From an uncultured bacterium (GTDB lineage Bacteria; Patescibacteriota; Saccharimonadia; UBA4664): a stretch of 64,000 nucleotides of DNA. Each line of letters opens with the position of its first letter. Position 1 is the stretch's first letter. The notes under the pieces are model-generated. The model was not told the DNA's origin. It did no database searches and was given only the letters and a program-made list of their open reading frames with translations. The stretch spans positions 328,704-392,703 of the forward strand of contig CAVRET010000002.1 in NCBI GenBank assembly GCA_963720265.1, written 5' to 3'. Below, piece by piece: positions 1 through 10,102 of this stretch. A program made the translations under genes and the position numbers.

Positions 1-2
1 AC

Positions 3-218
3 GTCCAAGCCAATAAAGCCGAGGCTACCAGTCAGCTTGGTTTTGGCCGCAAAGTCTATTTCAAGCATTGGCGCCGCTTTGTTTCACATCCGCTCATGGC
101 CATAGAATTCTTGGGTTACAACTTAATGAAATATGCCTTTGGCGGCGCCGGCCTGATCGTCGGGCGCCTGCAGGGTGTGCATAAACAAAGCGGCCCGGGA
201 GATTCGATCAGGCTATGA
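3..218 (+). CDS. 3' end of a gene truncated by the window edge, probably a GT2-family glycosyltransferase C-terminus
   Basis: Open frame from position 3 (VQANKAEATSQLGFGRKVYFKHWRRFVSHP...) ending at TGA 216-218, which overlaps the next ATG (ATGA); glycan-locus context. Confidence 0.55.
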   Translation, partial: VQANKAEATSQLGFGRKVYFKHWRRFVSHPLMAIEFLGYNLMKYAFGGAGLIVGRLQGVHKQSGPGDSIRL

Positions 219-1336
219 AAGTTGCCTATGTAATGCATCACGGCCGACCGGTCTACGGACACGAACTAGCCTGGTTTGCGGCCATGCCGAGCCAACAAGT
301 GAAGCTCCTTACCACCCAGGAGGCGCCCGGGCCGGCCGGCGACAACCTCGAGTATTGCCGCGTTGAGTACCGCGAACCCAAGGGACGGCTATTCTCCGAT
401 TCCACCGCCCGCCGGGTCACGTATTACAACTTCGAACAGTATCTCGAAGATGTCGATGTCATTGTGGTACTGGAGGTTTTCTCGTCCCTAAGCCGCCAAT
501 TCGTTGAATATGGCCGCAAAGTCCACAAACCGGTCGTGGTGCTTGTGTATGAGCTGATCGACAACCACCCCATCTACCGTATCCCCGGCTACCGGGCCAA
601 CACCAAATACGTACTCACCCGGGCCGACGCCTTCATTGCCGTGAGCCACACCGCCGCCACCCATCTGGAAAAACTCGGTGCGTTGCGGAACAAAATTACG
701 GTTGTGTACCCCGGTGTCGATACCGAGTTGTTTCACCCCAACACCGACGGCCGCGACGACACCGGGCTTGTCTTCATCGGCCCCCGGCTTGGCCCGCACA
801 AGGGCATGGACCTTGTAATTGGGCTTTACCGAGACCTTGTACGCGAATTCCCACATTTACGCCTCACCATTGTTGGCCAGGGTGGACTTGAGGATGAAAT
901 TAACCGTCTCGCCGCCGAACACCCCGGCGTAACCTTGCTCAAACCCCTGCCCAACGCTGAGATTCCAGCTCTGCTCAATCGGCGCGGCATCTTCATTCAG
1001 CCGGCCCGGGACACTCGGCGCTTCGGTCTGCGCGTCGGCGCCGAACAGTTCGGCTTTAGCATTGTAGAAGCCATGGCCTGTGGGCTGGCCATTATCACTA
1101 GCGACTGTGGAGCTCTGGCCGAGATTGTCACTGCGGCCAACGTTGTCTGCCCCCAGGGCAGTGCCAAAGTGCTCCTTGCCAAAACCCGCTCCCTACTGCA
1201 AGACACCAACCACCTGCGCGAACTCGGGCGCGCCAACCGCAACCTCGCCCTCGAGCGCTACAGCCTGCCTACGCAAGGCGCGGCTTTGGCGTGTGCACTC
1301 AATGGGCTTACAATGGCCCGCCGGAGTGGGAGTTAA
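215..1336 (+). CDS. GT4-family glycosyltransferase
   Basis: VVYPGVD, KG motif and EQFGFSIVEAMACG (E-x7-E) motif. Confidence 0.9.
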   Translation: MKVAYVMHHGRPVYGHELAWFAAMPSQQVKLLTTQEAPGPAGDNLEYCRVEYREPKGRLFSDSTARRVTYYNFEQYLEDVDVIVVLEVFSSLSRQFVEYGRKVHKPVVVLVYELIDNHPIYRIPGYRANTKYVLTRADAFIAVSHTAATHLEKLGALRNKITVVYPGVDTELFHPNTDGRDDTGLVFIGPRLGPHKGMDLVIGLYRDLVREFPHLRLTIVGQGGLEDEINRLAAEHPGVTLLKPLPNAEIPALLNRRGIFIQPARDTRRFGLRVGAEQFGFSIVEAMACGLAIITSDCGALAEIVTAANVVCPQGSAKVLLAKTRSLLQDTNHLRELGRANRNLALERYSLPTQGAALACALNGLTMARRSGS

Positions 1337-1339
1337 CCC

Positions 1340-2620
1340 ATGGACACAGACGCCGCCGGCACAGTAAACCCGTTCTATCGCCACGCCTTTGTATTCACGG
1401 CTGCCAGCCTTACCGCCTCAGCCGTCAATTACCTCTACTACCCGGTCATGGCCCGGCTTATGGGCGTGGTCAGCTATGGCGAGCTCCAGCTCATCACCTC
1501 GTTTATCCTTCAGCTCACCACCGTCTATCTCACCCTCAACATCATCAACGTCAACATTGTGGCCAACCACGAAGAGACAGTCGGCCGCCGGCTTATGACC
1601 GCGCTGCAGAAAACCATTTTTTGGCTGGTTGTAATCCTTTGTGTCGGCCTTGCGCTCGCAAGCGTCTGGCTACGAGATTTCTTTCATTTTTCCTCGGCGG
1701 TGCCGTTTCTCCTCATTGTGCCAATCTTACTCATTGATACTGCCTCTATTTTCTGGACCGGCTATCTGCAGGGGCACCGGGAGTTTAAAACCTTGTCGCT
1801 CTACACCGTGGGTGTGGCCGGGAGCAAATTATTCTTCTCAGTTGGGCTGGTCGTAGTCGGCCTCGGAGTATCCGGCGGCGTATTGGGCATCGCCGCCAGC
1901 CTAGCGTTTGGGTTGGTGTTGGTCCGGCTTGCTAGTCGCCGAAGCCTGCCGGCTCTTCTTCCGACCTTGTCTTTGCCCACCATAGCCGATCTACGCGTTG
2001 TTCGTGGCAATATCGTTTACGTTGTTGAGGTCTTAACTAGCCTCGTCTCCATGGGGATACTGCTGTCGGTCGACGTGATCATTGTAAAACACTACTTTTC
2101 GCCCGAATTTGCCGGTCATTACGCCGGCATCGCCACAGTTGCGCGCATTATCTACTTTGCCACTGCGCCGCTCGTCATGGTAATGCTCCCGTCAATTAAA
2201 TTAGGCCGGCCGGCCGCCAATCGCGCCGCCTTCCGCCGAACCTTGGGCCTTTGTGCACTCGTATGTATCGGCGGGCTGACCCTCTTTAGCGTGGCCGCGC
2301 ACCCAATTATTGCGCTGCTTATGGGGCCGGCCTTCGTAGCCTACTCAAACTGGCTACCGCTTATTAGCATCATTGCCGTGTTGTTTACCTTTACCAACCT
2401 GGCGGTCAACTATCTGTTAGCCCTACGGAGCCATTGGTCAATAGTGGTGAGTCTGGCATCACTCACGACCGGGGTGCTGCTCATAGTCTGGCATCATGCC
2501 ACTGTCCCGCAAATTGTGGCCTCGGCGAGCATCGGATTATTAATCGGGCAACTCATATTCTGGCTATCGCAGTTCATGAGCCGCCCTGGACGCCGGCAAT
2601 CTGGGCTTAGCCCGCACTAG
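1340..2620 (+). CDS. Wzx-like oligosaccharide flippase (MOP superfamily)
   Basis: About 12 hydrophobic helices; ARLMG..SYG and DVIIVKHYFS..FAGHYA motifs typical of polysaccharide flippases. Confidence 0.8.
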   Translation: MDTDAAGTVNPFYRHAFVFTAASLTASAVNYLYYPVMARLMGVVSYGELQLITSFILQLTTVYLTLNIINVNIVANHEETVGRRLMTALQKTIFWLVVILCVGLALASVWLRDFFHFSSAVPFLLIVPILLIDTASIFWTGYLQGHREFKTLSLYTVGVAGSKLFFSVGLVVVGLGVSGGVLGIAASLAFGLVLVRLASRRSLPALLPTLSLPTIADLRVVRGNIVYVVEVLTSLVSMGILLSVDVIIVKHYFSPEFAGHYAGIATVARIIYFATAPLVMVMLPSIKLGRPAANRAAFRRTLGLCALVCIGGLTLFSVAAHPIIALLMGPAFVAYSNWLPLISIIAVLFTFTNLAVNYLLALRSHWSIVVSLASLTTGVLLIVWHHATVPQIVASASIGLLIGQLIFWLSQFMSRPGRRQSGLSPH

Positions 2621-2623
2621 GCA

Positions 2624-4198
2624 ATGTCGATGACCCGCGCGAGCCTGTCTGAAAAGCGCCCACCCACCTGGCTGCTGGCCGTTTTTACACTGTTGCCGCT
2701 GGCGGTGTTGCTCGTCTTGCGTGACCATCTCAGCCCTCATTCTTCTGACGACGTTGCGGTGCAAGTGGTGGTCAATAGTTGGTTGCGCGGCCTCCACCAC
2801 AGGACGTATTTGCCCTCCGACAACTATCTCTTTAAGCTACCGGTCTATGTCATTGCGGAGCTCCTGCCGTTTTCCCCGCACATCAGGCTCCTTCTACAGG
2901 TACTGGTACTGAATCTGGCGTCCTTCGCCGCCTTCTTGCTCGCGCTACGTTGGCTTGTGACACCGCCCCGGGCCACGCACTGGGACCGAACCGCGGTATT
3001 TGTACCAACACTATGGCTAACGCTCATCGGTGGAGCCTTTGGCCTCGATATGATGGTGGCGAATTATCGCAACCTTGAACTTGGGCTGATATTCCTTGTT
3101 ATTGCGTACCTGCACCGATACGTCACGGGCGAGGGTAAGCCGCGCTGGTCATGGCTTGCGACCGGCACTCTGATACTTAGCTTCTTTTGGTTCAGTGACC
3201 CCTACTTTCTTTTGCTAGTTGGTTTACCGCTAATCGGTTTTATGTGGATTTGGTACGGCTTTCGTGAGCGCAGCAGCCGCCTGCTTCTGAGTTCGTTACT
3301 ACTGGCCGGCTCCGCCCTTATAAGCTACGTCTGGAAGCCACTAGCGGCCTGGTTTGGCATTGAGATCGGCGGGGGAGCCAGCCTCAGCCCAGCCGATATA
3401 TTGCACAACCTGGCCCTGTTATGGCCGAGCCTGTGCAGCCTATTAAATCTCCACCTCGGCTCCCCGGTTCGTATCCTCATCTCGGCTCTAACCCTTGCCG
3501 TTGCGATCGCCGGCCTCGCGGCTAGTATTACAAATGCCTGGAGCGGCTGGCGTGACCGCCGCTTTGTGCTCTTCTTCGCCGGCACGCAATGGCTGGTCAT
3601 AATCGGCGGCTTTGCCGTGAGCAGCTACGTTTTTGATATCGGCGCCGGACGCTATTTGGTGCTCATCCCGTTTTACATCGCGCTTAATCTCAGCCTGGCA
3701 CTCAGCCGGCTGCCCCGCCGCACTATTCACACCGTAGTGGTTGCCCTACTGCTGGTAGCTTCGTGCGCAAGTGTAATATCAGATCTCCACGAACTAACAA
3801 ATCCGCGGCTTTATCCTGGCACCACAGCGCAAAACCACACCCTGGCAATGCTGCGATCCAGCGGGTTAACCAAGGGTTATGCCCAATATTGGAGCGCAAA
3901 CATTAACACCTACCTGGACAACGGCCGGCCCACGGTCGTGCCGATCGACTGTGTCGCCGGGCAGATCAAGCCGCTTTATTGGTTCATGGACGATGCCGCT
4001 TTCCGCCGGCCGGCCCGGGCATCCTTCTACCTTTACGAGGACAATGTACCCCAAGCTGTCGCCTGTCCACTGGCGGCGCTCGAACAAGACTTTGGACAAC
4101 CGGTCCGCATCATCACCGTGAATGCCCACGACAGCCTGTTAATCTACAATTACGACATCGCCCGCCGCTTTGTAGAGACTGCGTCGCCTAGATATTAG
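2624..4198 (+). CDS. Polytopic membrane protein, probable GT-C-fold glycosyltransferase
   Basis: HSSDD acidic motif after the first TM helix, many TM helices, RYLV motif, soluble C-terminal domain with GYAQYWSAN. Confidence 0.6.
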   Translation: MSMTRASLSEKRPPTWLLAVFTLLPLAVLLVLRDHLSPHSSDDVAVQVVVNSWLRGLHHRTYLPSDNYLFKLPVYVIAELLPFSPHIRLLLQVLVLNLASFAAFLLALRWLVTPPRATHWDRTAVFVPTLWLTLIGGAFGLDMMVANYRNLELGLIFLVIAYLHRYVTGEGKPRWSWLATGTLILSFFWFSDPYFLLLVGLPLIGFMWIWYGFRERSSRLLLSSLLLAGSALISYVWKPLAAWFGIEIGGGASLSPADILHNLALLWPSLCSLLNLHLGSPVRILISALTLAVAIAGLAASITNAWSGWRDRRFVLFFAGTQWLVIIGGFAVSSYVFDIGAGRYLVLIPFYIALNLSLALSRLPRRTIHTVVVALLLVASCASVISDLHELTNPRLYPGTTAQNHTLAMLRSSGLTKGYAQYWSANINTYLDNGRPTVVPIDCVAGQIKPLYWFMDDAAFRRPARASFYLYEDNVPQAVACPLAALEQDFGQPVRIITVNAHDSLLIYNYDIARRFVETASPRY

Positions 4199-4247
4199 GG
4201 CCATTAAGTATGACCAGCCGATAGATAGCCGTTATAATAGGGCTACA

Positions 4248-5099
4248 ATGTCGACTTCTGCCAAATCCACGGCTGTCCAGGGTACTGCTCCGAGTGCTGT
4301 GCCGCACGTTCGTTTCCGCTACCCCTTGATCCTGCTGCGGCAAATGGTTATTACCAATTTTAAGCTCCGCTACCAGGGCTCGGTGCTTGGCTATCTGTGG
4401 TCGTTGCTCAAGCCGCTCGTGATGTTCGCTATCCTCGACATCGTCTTTCTGCGCTTTCTAAAAATCGGCAATAATCTCCCGCACAAGCAAATCTATCTCT
4501 TGCTTGGCATCGTGCTCTGGACGTTCTTTGTCGAAGTCACCAGCCAAGGCATTGTCGCCATTGTCGACTCCTCCGACTTGATGCGCAAAATCAACTTCCC
4601 GCGCTACGTTATCGTGCTGGCGACCGGCGTCTCCGCGCTCATAAACCTGGCTTTTAATATGCTTGTCATCAGCATCTTTATGATGATCGACCACGTGCAC
4701 CTCGGGCCGGCGGCCCTCCTGGCGCCGCTGCTTATCGTTGAGCTATTCTTGTTTGCATTGTCCATGGCCTATTTCCTGTCGGCTCTGTTCGTGCACTTCC
4801 GTGACCTAAGCTACATCTGGGAGCTATTCCTGCAGGCCGCATTCTATCTCACACCCATCATTTATCCACTCAATACTGGTGCCCCGGCCAGATATGCCAA
4901 ATGGTTTTTGCTCTCGCCGCTCGCGCAAATCATTCAGGACACGCGCTATTGCCTGGTCACTAACCAATCCGTCACCGGTGTGCAGGTCTACAATCACTTC
5001 TGGCCGGTCCTGATCCCGTTTGGGATTGTCGCTGTAACGGCGTTTGGGGCTTCCGCCTACTTCCGCTCCAAAGCCGGCTATTTTGCGGAGGACGTCTAA
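4248..5099 (+). CDS. wzm: Polysaccharide ABC-2 exporter permease
   Basis: FKLRYQGSVLGYLWSLLKPL and FYLTPIIYP motifs. Confidence 0.9.
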   Translation: MSTSAKSTAVQGTAPSAVPHVRFRYPLILLRQMVITNFKLRYQGSVLGYLWSLLKPLVMFAILDIVFLRFLKIGNNLPHKQIYLLLGIVLWTFFVEVTSQGIVAIVDSSDLMRKINFPRYVIVLATGVSALINLAFNMLVISIFMMIDHVHLGPAALLAPLLIVELFLFALSMAYFLSALFVHFRDLSYIWELFLQAAFYLTPIIYPLNTGAPARYAKWFLLSPLAQIIQDTRYCLVTNQSVTGVQVYNHFWPVLIPFGIVAVTAFGASAYFRSKAGYFAEDV

Positions 5100-6316
5100 T
5101 GGCCAAAGACATCGCGGTCGAGGTAAAGCATGTCTCCAAGAATTTCCGCTTGCCGCACCAAAAAACCACTACGGTCAAAAAGACTTTCATCCGCCTGCTC
5201 ACCGCTTGGCGTACTCACCAGACCGTTGAAACCCAACACGCCCTACGCGACATCAATTTCACGCTTGAAAAGGGCGAATTCTTCGGCATTGTCGGCCGCA
5301 ACGGCTCGGGCAAATCTACTCTGCTCAAAATCCTTGCTGGTATTTACAAACCCAATGCCGGCAGCGTCAAGGTAAACGGCCGCCTAGTGCCATTTATTGA
5401 GCTTGGCGTCGGCTTCAATCCGGAACTTTCCGGGCGCGACAACGTCTATCTTAATGGCGCCCTGCTTGGCTTCTCACGCACTGAGGTCGACGAAATGTAC
5501 GACAGCATCGTGGATTTTGCTGAACTCCGGCCTTTTATGGATCAAAAACTCCGCAATTATAGTTCCGGCATGGAAGTCCGACTGGCCTTCTCGCTCGCGA
5601 CCCGCGCCAGGGCCGACATTCTGGTTGTCGATGAAGTCTTGGCTGTCGGTGACGCCGATTTCCAGCGCAAGTGCTACGATTTCTTCCGCCGTCTTAAAAA
5701 AACCGGCGTCACCGTTATCTTTGTATCGCACGACATGAACCCGGTACGCGAATATTGCGACCGCGCCATTTTAGTCGACAATTCCCACATCGTCGCCGAA
5801 GGTTCAGCCGATGAAATCGCCACCGCTTACACCCGCCTCTTTAACGAAGAGCATGGGCCTGAGCCCGACCGTCCCGAGGATCACACCGGCCAAACCCGCT
5901 GGGGCGACGGCAGTGTCGTTTACGACAAGCCGGTGGTCAAACGCCACGGTGCAGGTGCTAGCGAAATGATTACCATCACGGTCCGCGCCCACATTAAGGC
6001 CGACCTCGATCACCCGGTGTTTGGCTTTGGTATTAAAAATGCTGCCGGCGAGAATATCGTTGGCACCAACACCCAGATAGTGCGCCACCGCCTGGGCACA
6101 CTTAAAGCTGGCACCACACTCGAGCTCGACTGGTCATTTGCCGATATCCTGGCCGACGGCCTCCATGCCCTCGCAGTCACTGCGCACGACACTAACGGGG
6201 TCCAGGTGTTTGATTGGTGGGAAGATGCCACCAGCTTCACCATACGCAAAGACGAGCACACAGCCTACGCCATAACGCCCTACATCCAGGTCAACACCAG
6301 CGTGGACAAGGGATGA
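5099..6316 (+). CDS. wzt: Polysaccharide ABC exporter ATPase with Wzt C-terminal carbohydrate-binding domain
   Basis: GRNGSGKST, YSSGM signature, DEVLAVGD, beta-rich C-terminal extension starting RWGDG. Confidence 0.9.
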   Translation: MAKDIAVEVKHVSKNFRLPHQKTTTVKKTFIRLLTAWRTHQTVETQHALRDINFTLEKGEFFGIVGRNGSGKSTLLKILAGIYKPNAGSVKVNGRLVPFIELGVGFNPELSGRDNVYLNGALLGFSRTEVDEMYDSIVDFAELRPFMDQKLRNYSSGMEVRLAFSLATRARADILVVDEVLAVGDADFQRKCYDFFRRLKKTGVTVIFVSHDMNPVREYCDRAILVDNSHIVAEGSADEIATAYTRLFNEEHGPEPDRPEDHTGQTRWGDGSVVYDKPVVKRHGAGASEMITITVRAHIKADLDHPVFGFGIKNAAGENIVGTNTQIVRHRLGTLKAGTTLELDWSFADILADGLHALAVTAHDTNGVQVFDWWEDATSFTIRKDEHTAYAITPYIQVNTSVDKG

Positions 6317-7497
6317 GCCGACGCATTCGTTTCATTGTTGACGCTTCGCCGCTCGCGGCAGAGCGTACGAGCGGAGTCGGCCACAGCGTACAAGGCATCG
6401 TTGGTGCCCTTGCCGCCGACCCCAACTTCACTGCTCGCTACGAGCTGCATCTGGTAGCACCGGTCCGCGGCATGAAATATGTGCGTGCCCACCGCTTCCC
6501 CGGTGTGGCCTACCGGCCGATCCCGTTACCGGCCCGGGTGTGGAACCGTCTGCCCGGCACCCCGCTCATGCCGCCCATGGATCTGCTCCTCGGCCGCGGT
6601 GTCTATTTCCTAACCAATTTCCGCTCCTGGCCGCTCCTGTGGTCGCCGTCCATGGTGCTCATTCACGACATTGCCTTTCGACTATTCCCGCATACGCTCA
6701 CCCTGCGCCACCGCGCCTTCCTGGAGCGCAATGTGCCGCGTTGGATGGCTCGCACCAATCTTGTCATCACGCCGTCGGAAAGCGCCAAGCAAGACATCGT
6801 AAGTCACTTCAATCTGACAGCAAGCCGGGTGCGTGTTATCCCGCACGGCATTGACACCGATGTGTTTTATCCGCGCTCCCAAGTCGAAATAACTGCTGCC
6901 AAAAAGAAGTATGACTTGCCTGATTCCTACATATTATTTGAAGGCAATCTTGAGCCGCGCAAAAATGTCGCCCGCCTCATTCGCGCCTACACCGCGTTGC
7001 CGCAAACATTACGCGACACCTATGCGCTCGTGCTTATCGGCGGCTCCAGCTGGCTGGACGAAGAGCTCGAACACGAGCTTACCCACGCCAAAGAAATTGG
7101 AGCCCACGTCGTCCGGCCTACCACTTACGTCACTGATGACGATTTGCCGGCAGTCTTTTCCGGCGCTCGGGTCTTCGCTTGGCCCACACTGCATGAAGGT
7201 TTTGGAATGCCGCTGCTTGAAGCCATGGCCACTGACGTGCCGGTGCTCACGGCCCGCAACAGTTCGCTGCCGGAAGTGGCCGGCGAGGCCGCCGTCTATG
7301 TTGACCCAACCTCTGATACTGCCGTCGCCGACGGCCTGCACCGCCTGCTCACCGACGACACTCTGCGTGCCGAACTCGTCCGCGCCGGACGCGAGCGGGT
7401 AAGACGTTTCACCTGGGCGGCCGCCGCTACGTCGCTCGCCAAACTGGCCGACGGCCTAACCCGCAACCATCCGGTAACCGGCAAAGTAGTGGCCTAA
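6313..7497 (+). CDS. GT4-family glycosyltransferase (mannosyltransferase-like)
   Basis: ATG 6313 overlaps the wzt stop; GNLEPRKN, EGFGMPLLEAMA, SSLPEVAG. Confidence 0.9.
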   Translation: MSRRIRFIVDASPLAAERTSGVGHSVQGIVGALAADPNFTARYELHLVAPVRGMKYVRAHRFPGVAYRPIPLPARVWNRLPGTPLMPPMDLLLGRGVYFLTNFRSWPLLWSPSMVLIHDIAFRLFPHTLTLRHRAFLERNVPRWMARTNLVITPSESAKQDIVSHFNLTASRVRVIPHGIDTDVFYPRSQVEITAAKKKYDLPDSYILFEGNLEPRKNVARLIRAYTALPQTLRDTYALVLIGGSSWLDEELEHELTHAKEIGAHVVRPTTYVTDDDLPAVFSGARVFAWPTLHEGFGMPLLEAMATDVPVLTARNSSLPEVAGEAAVYVDPTSDTAVADGLHRLLTDDTLRAELVRAGRERVRRFTWAAAATSLAKLADGLTRNHPVTGKVVA

Positions 7498-7499
7498 CC

Positions 7500-8723
7500 A
7501 TGACTGCCAAATCGCCCAAGAAAATTCTCATACTTAGCAGTTATCCGGTCGCGGAGCCACGCCACGGCGGTCAAAAGCGCGTGCAGGCGGTCATTACCGA
7601 ATACAAAAAGCATTTCGCCCAGGTAAAAGCCGTGGCCGTGTATAGTCGTTGGGCCAATCCAAAACACGGCCCGGATGACATCCCAGTAAGCCACGCCACC
7701 GACCGCCTCATTCAAGAATCCGGCCGGGTTGAAGACGTCCTCTGCGGCGAAGCTATTTACACCGAGCCAAAAGTAAAAGCCCATCTCACGCAAATACTAA
7801 AAAGTTTTCGACCCGACTTGATTCAGGTTGAGCATGTCTATCCCTATATTGGCCTGGCGCCGCTCTTAAAAGAACTCGGGCTGGATACGCCGCTCGTGTT
7901 TGACACGCATAACGTCGAACATGAAATGAAACGCGTCATCTATGAGACTTCAGCCCTAACACCGGCCGACGCCCAGGAGCTTGTGGCGCGCATCGAAGCG
8001 ACCGAGCGGGAATTAGCCGCGCGAGCCGTCATCACTACGGCAGTAAGCGTTGCCGATCGCACTGCCTTTGAGCGCATGGGGGCACGTAAAATCGTACTCG
8101 CTCCCAACGGCATTTATCCCAGCCTTCGTGCTCCGCGGGCCGTCGCCGCTTGGCGCAAACAGTTTGCCGATGCTGGTATCAACCACACCTTCCTCTATGT
8201 CTCAAGCGCTCACATGCCAAACTGGATGGGTTTCTTGGACATCGTGAGCGACGGACTTGGCTTCCTGCCGCCCGATGGCCGCATTCTGCTCGCAGGCGGC
8301 CTATCGCGCTGGCTGACTACCCGCTACCAGTGGCCGGCCACCCCCGGTGCTGCCACCTTCTGGCTCCGCGCCGAAGCCCTAGGGGTCTTGCCCGAGGATC
8401 AGCTCGCGGGATTACTCACCGTCTCCGACCGCATTTTACTGCCCATAACCACCGGCGGCGGCTCCAATCTAAAGACCGCCGAAGCCCTGCTATCCGGCAA
8501 GCCAGTCATCGCCACCAGCCGAGCCTTCCGAGCCTACGAGGAGTTTATGAATCTGCCCACCGTCACGATTGCCGACCGTCCCGACGACTTCCGCGCTGCC
8601 ATGACCGCCTCGCTCGGCAGCCCCGCGCCCAAACTCATCGCTGCCGACCACGCCCGCTTGGCCGAGTCTGTTACCTGGCCCCATACACTTGAGCAACTCA
8701 CCAAGGAGGTGGCCGCACTATGA
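7500..8723 (+). CDS. GT-B (GT4-like) glycosyltransferase
   Basis: HGGQKRV, DTHNVEH, GGGSNLKTAEAL motifs. Confidence 0.75.
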   Translation: MTAKSPKKILILSSYPVAEPRHGGQKRVQAVITEYKKHFAQVKAVAVYSRWANPKHGPDDIPVSHATDRLIQESGRVEDVLCGEAIYTEPKVKAHLTQILKSFRPDLIQVEHVYPYIGLAPLLKELGLDTPLVFDTHNVEHEMKRVIYETSALTPADAQELVARIEATERELAARAVITTAVSVADRTAFERMGARKIVLAPNGIYPSLRAPRAVAAWRKQFADAGINHTFLYVSSAHMPNWMGFLDIVSDGLGFLPPDGRILLAGGLSRWLTTRYQWPATPGAATFWLRAEALGVLPEDQLAGLLTVSDRILLPITTGGGSNLKTAEALLSGKPVIATSRAFRAYEEFMNLPTVTIADRPDDFRAAMTASLGSPAPKLIAADHARLAESVTWPHTLEQLTKEVAAL

Positions 8724-10102
8724 GCCGGACCTATTGGGTCGACATGACCGACCTCTATCTCTGGACCGGCTATCACACCGGCATTCAGCGTACTGTTTAC
8801 AATCTCGCCAAATATTATGCCGAGCGCCCAGACGCCAAATTTTTCGTTTACAACGATAAAACTCGTGAGTTCAACCAAATCGATTTCGCCGCCATCCCGG
8901 TGACCAAAAAGCGGATTAAGAAAATCACAGCCCGGTCTGAGGCCCGCGAGCAGCTTAAATATCAACTCAAAGCCATCTATCTACACACTCCGGCTGGCAC
9001 TCGCGCCAAGCTTCATCCTTTCCTGCGCCGTACGCTTAATCAAGCCCACCATACAGTCTTTAGTGTCAAACATTCGCTCACCACGCCCCGCCGCCATAAA
9101 CCACTCAAACCCGCCACATTCGCGCCCGGTGACGCCGTCATCATTATCGGTGCGGGCTGGATCCGTCCGTCCATTGTTACCGAGTTGTGGCGCCGCAAGC
9201 AGACCGGTGGCTTCAAGGTCTTCCATTTCATTCACGACATGATTCCCACCTACCACCCGCACCTCTTCGGTCCCGGCCACTTTGAGCTCGCCACCACCTA
9301 CATGTTTGAAGCCATCACAGCTTCGGACGGTATCATTACCAACTCGCAAGCTTCTAAACGCGATACCAATGCCTTCATGGCTGAAGTCCACTTACCGCCC
9401 CGGCCGATTACCGTCATTCGTCTTGGCGACGACTTGCGCGACCTGGCCGAACCCGTAGCTCCCGACGACGTCCAGCTCAAACCAGGAACGTTCCTGTTTT
9501 GCGACGGCACCCTCGAGATCCGGAAAAACCACATCCTGCTCTACACTGCCTACAAGCTGGCTGTTAGCCGCGGCCTCAAGCTGCCGCCGCTGGTCATCAT
9601 CGGCCAACCCGGCTGGCACTCCGGCGACGTTATTTACTCAATCAAAAACGACCCGGATGTCTCAGGTCTCATCACCATTCGCAAAAATACCTCCGACGCT
9701 GAGCTCATCTGGTTGTTCCAAAACTGCAAGTTTGCTATCTATCCTGCGCTTTACGAAGGCTGGGGTCTGCCGCATGCCGAAGCCCTCGTAATGGGCAAGG
9801 TCAGCCTCACCTCAAACAGCTCTTCGCTGCCCGAAGTTGCCGGCGATCTGGTTGACTACTTTAACCCCTACGATGCTGGCGACTGCCTTAGTGTCATCAC
9901 CAAGTATCTAGACCCAGCCATCCTGGCTGCCGCCGAGGCCCGCATTAAAGCCGAATATCGTCCCCAAAGCTGGAAAGATTCGTATGAAGAATTCCATGCC
10001 GCGGTTGAGGCCCAGCTTGCTGCCCTTGAACTTGAGCCTGCACATAGAAGCCAGCCAGTGTCGCCGCCCCTAGCCAAAGAACATCCGCTGCCCGAGGTAT
10101 AG
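8720..10102 (+). CDS. GT4-family glycosyltransferase
   Basis: TGIQRTV, GTLEIRKNH, YEGWGLPHAEAL, SSLPEVAG. Confidence 0.88.
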   Translation: MSRTYWVDMTDLYLWTGYHTGIQRTVYNLAKYYAERPDAKFFVYNDKTREFNQIDFAAIPVTKKRIKKITARSEAREQLKYQLKAIYLHTPAGTRAKLHPFLRRTLNQAHHTVFSVKHSLTTPRRHKPLKPATFAPGDAVIIIGAGWIRPSIVTELWRRKQTGGFKVFHFIHDMIPTYHPHLFGPGHFELATTYMFEAITASDGIITNSQASKRDTNAFMAEVHLPPRPITVIRLGDDLRDLAEPVAPDDVQLKPGTFLFCDGTLEIRKNHILLYTAYKLAVSRGLKLPPLVIIGQPGWHSGDVIYSIKNDPDVSGLITIRKNTSDAELIWLFQNCKFAIYPALYEGWGLPHAEALVMGKVSLTSNSSSLPEVAGDLVDYFNPYDAGDCLSVITKYLDPAILAAAEARIKAEYRPQSWKDSYEEFHAAVEAQLAALELEPAHRSQPVSPPLAKEHPLPEV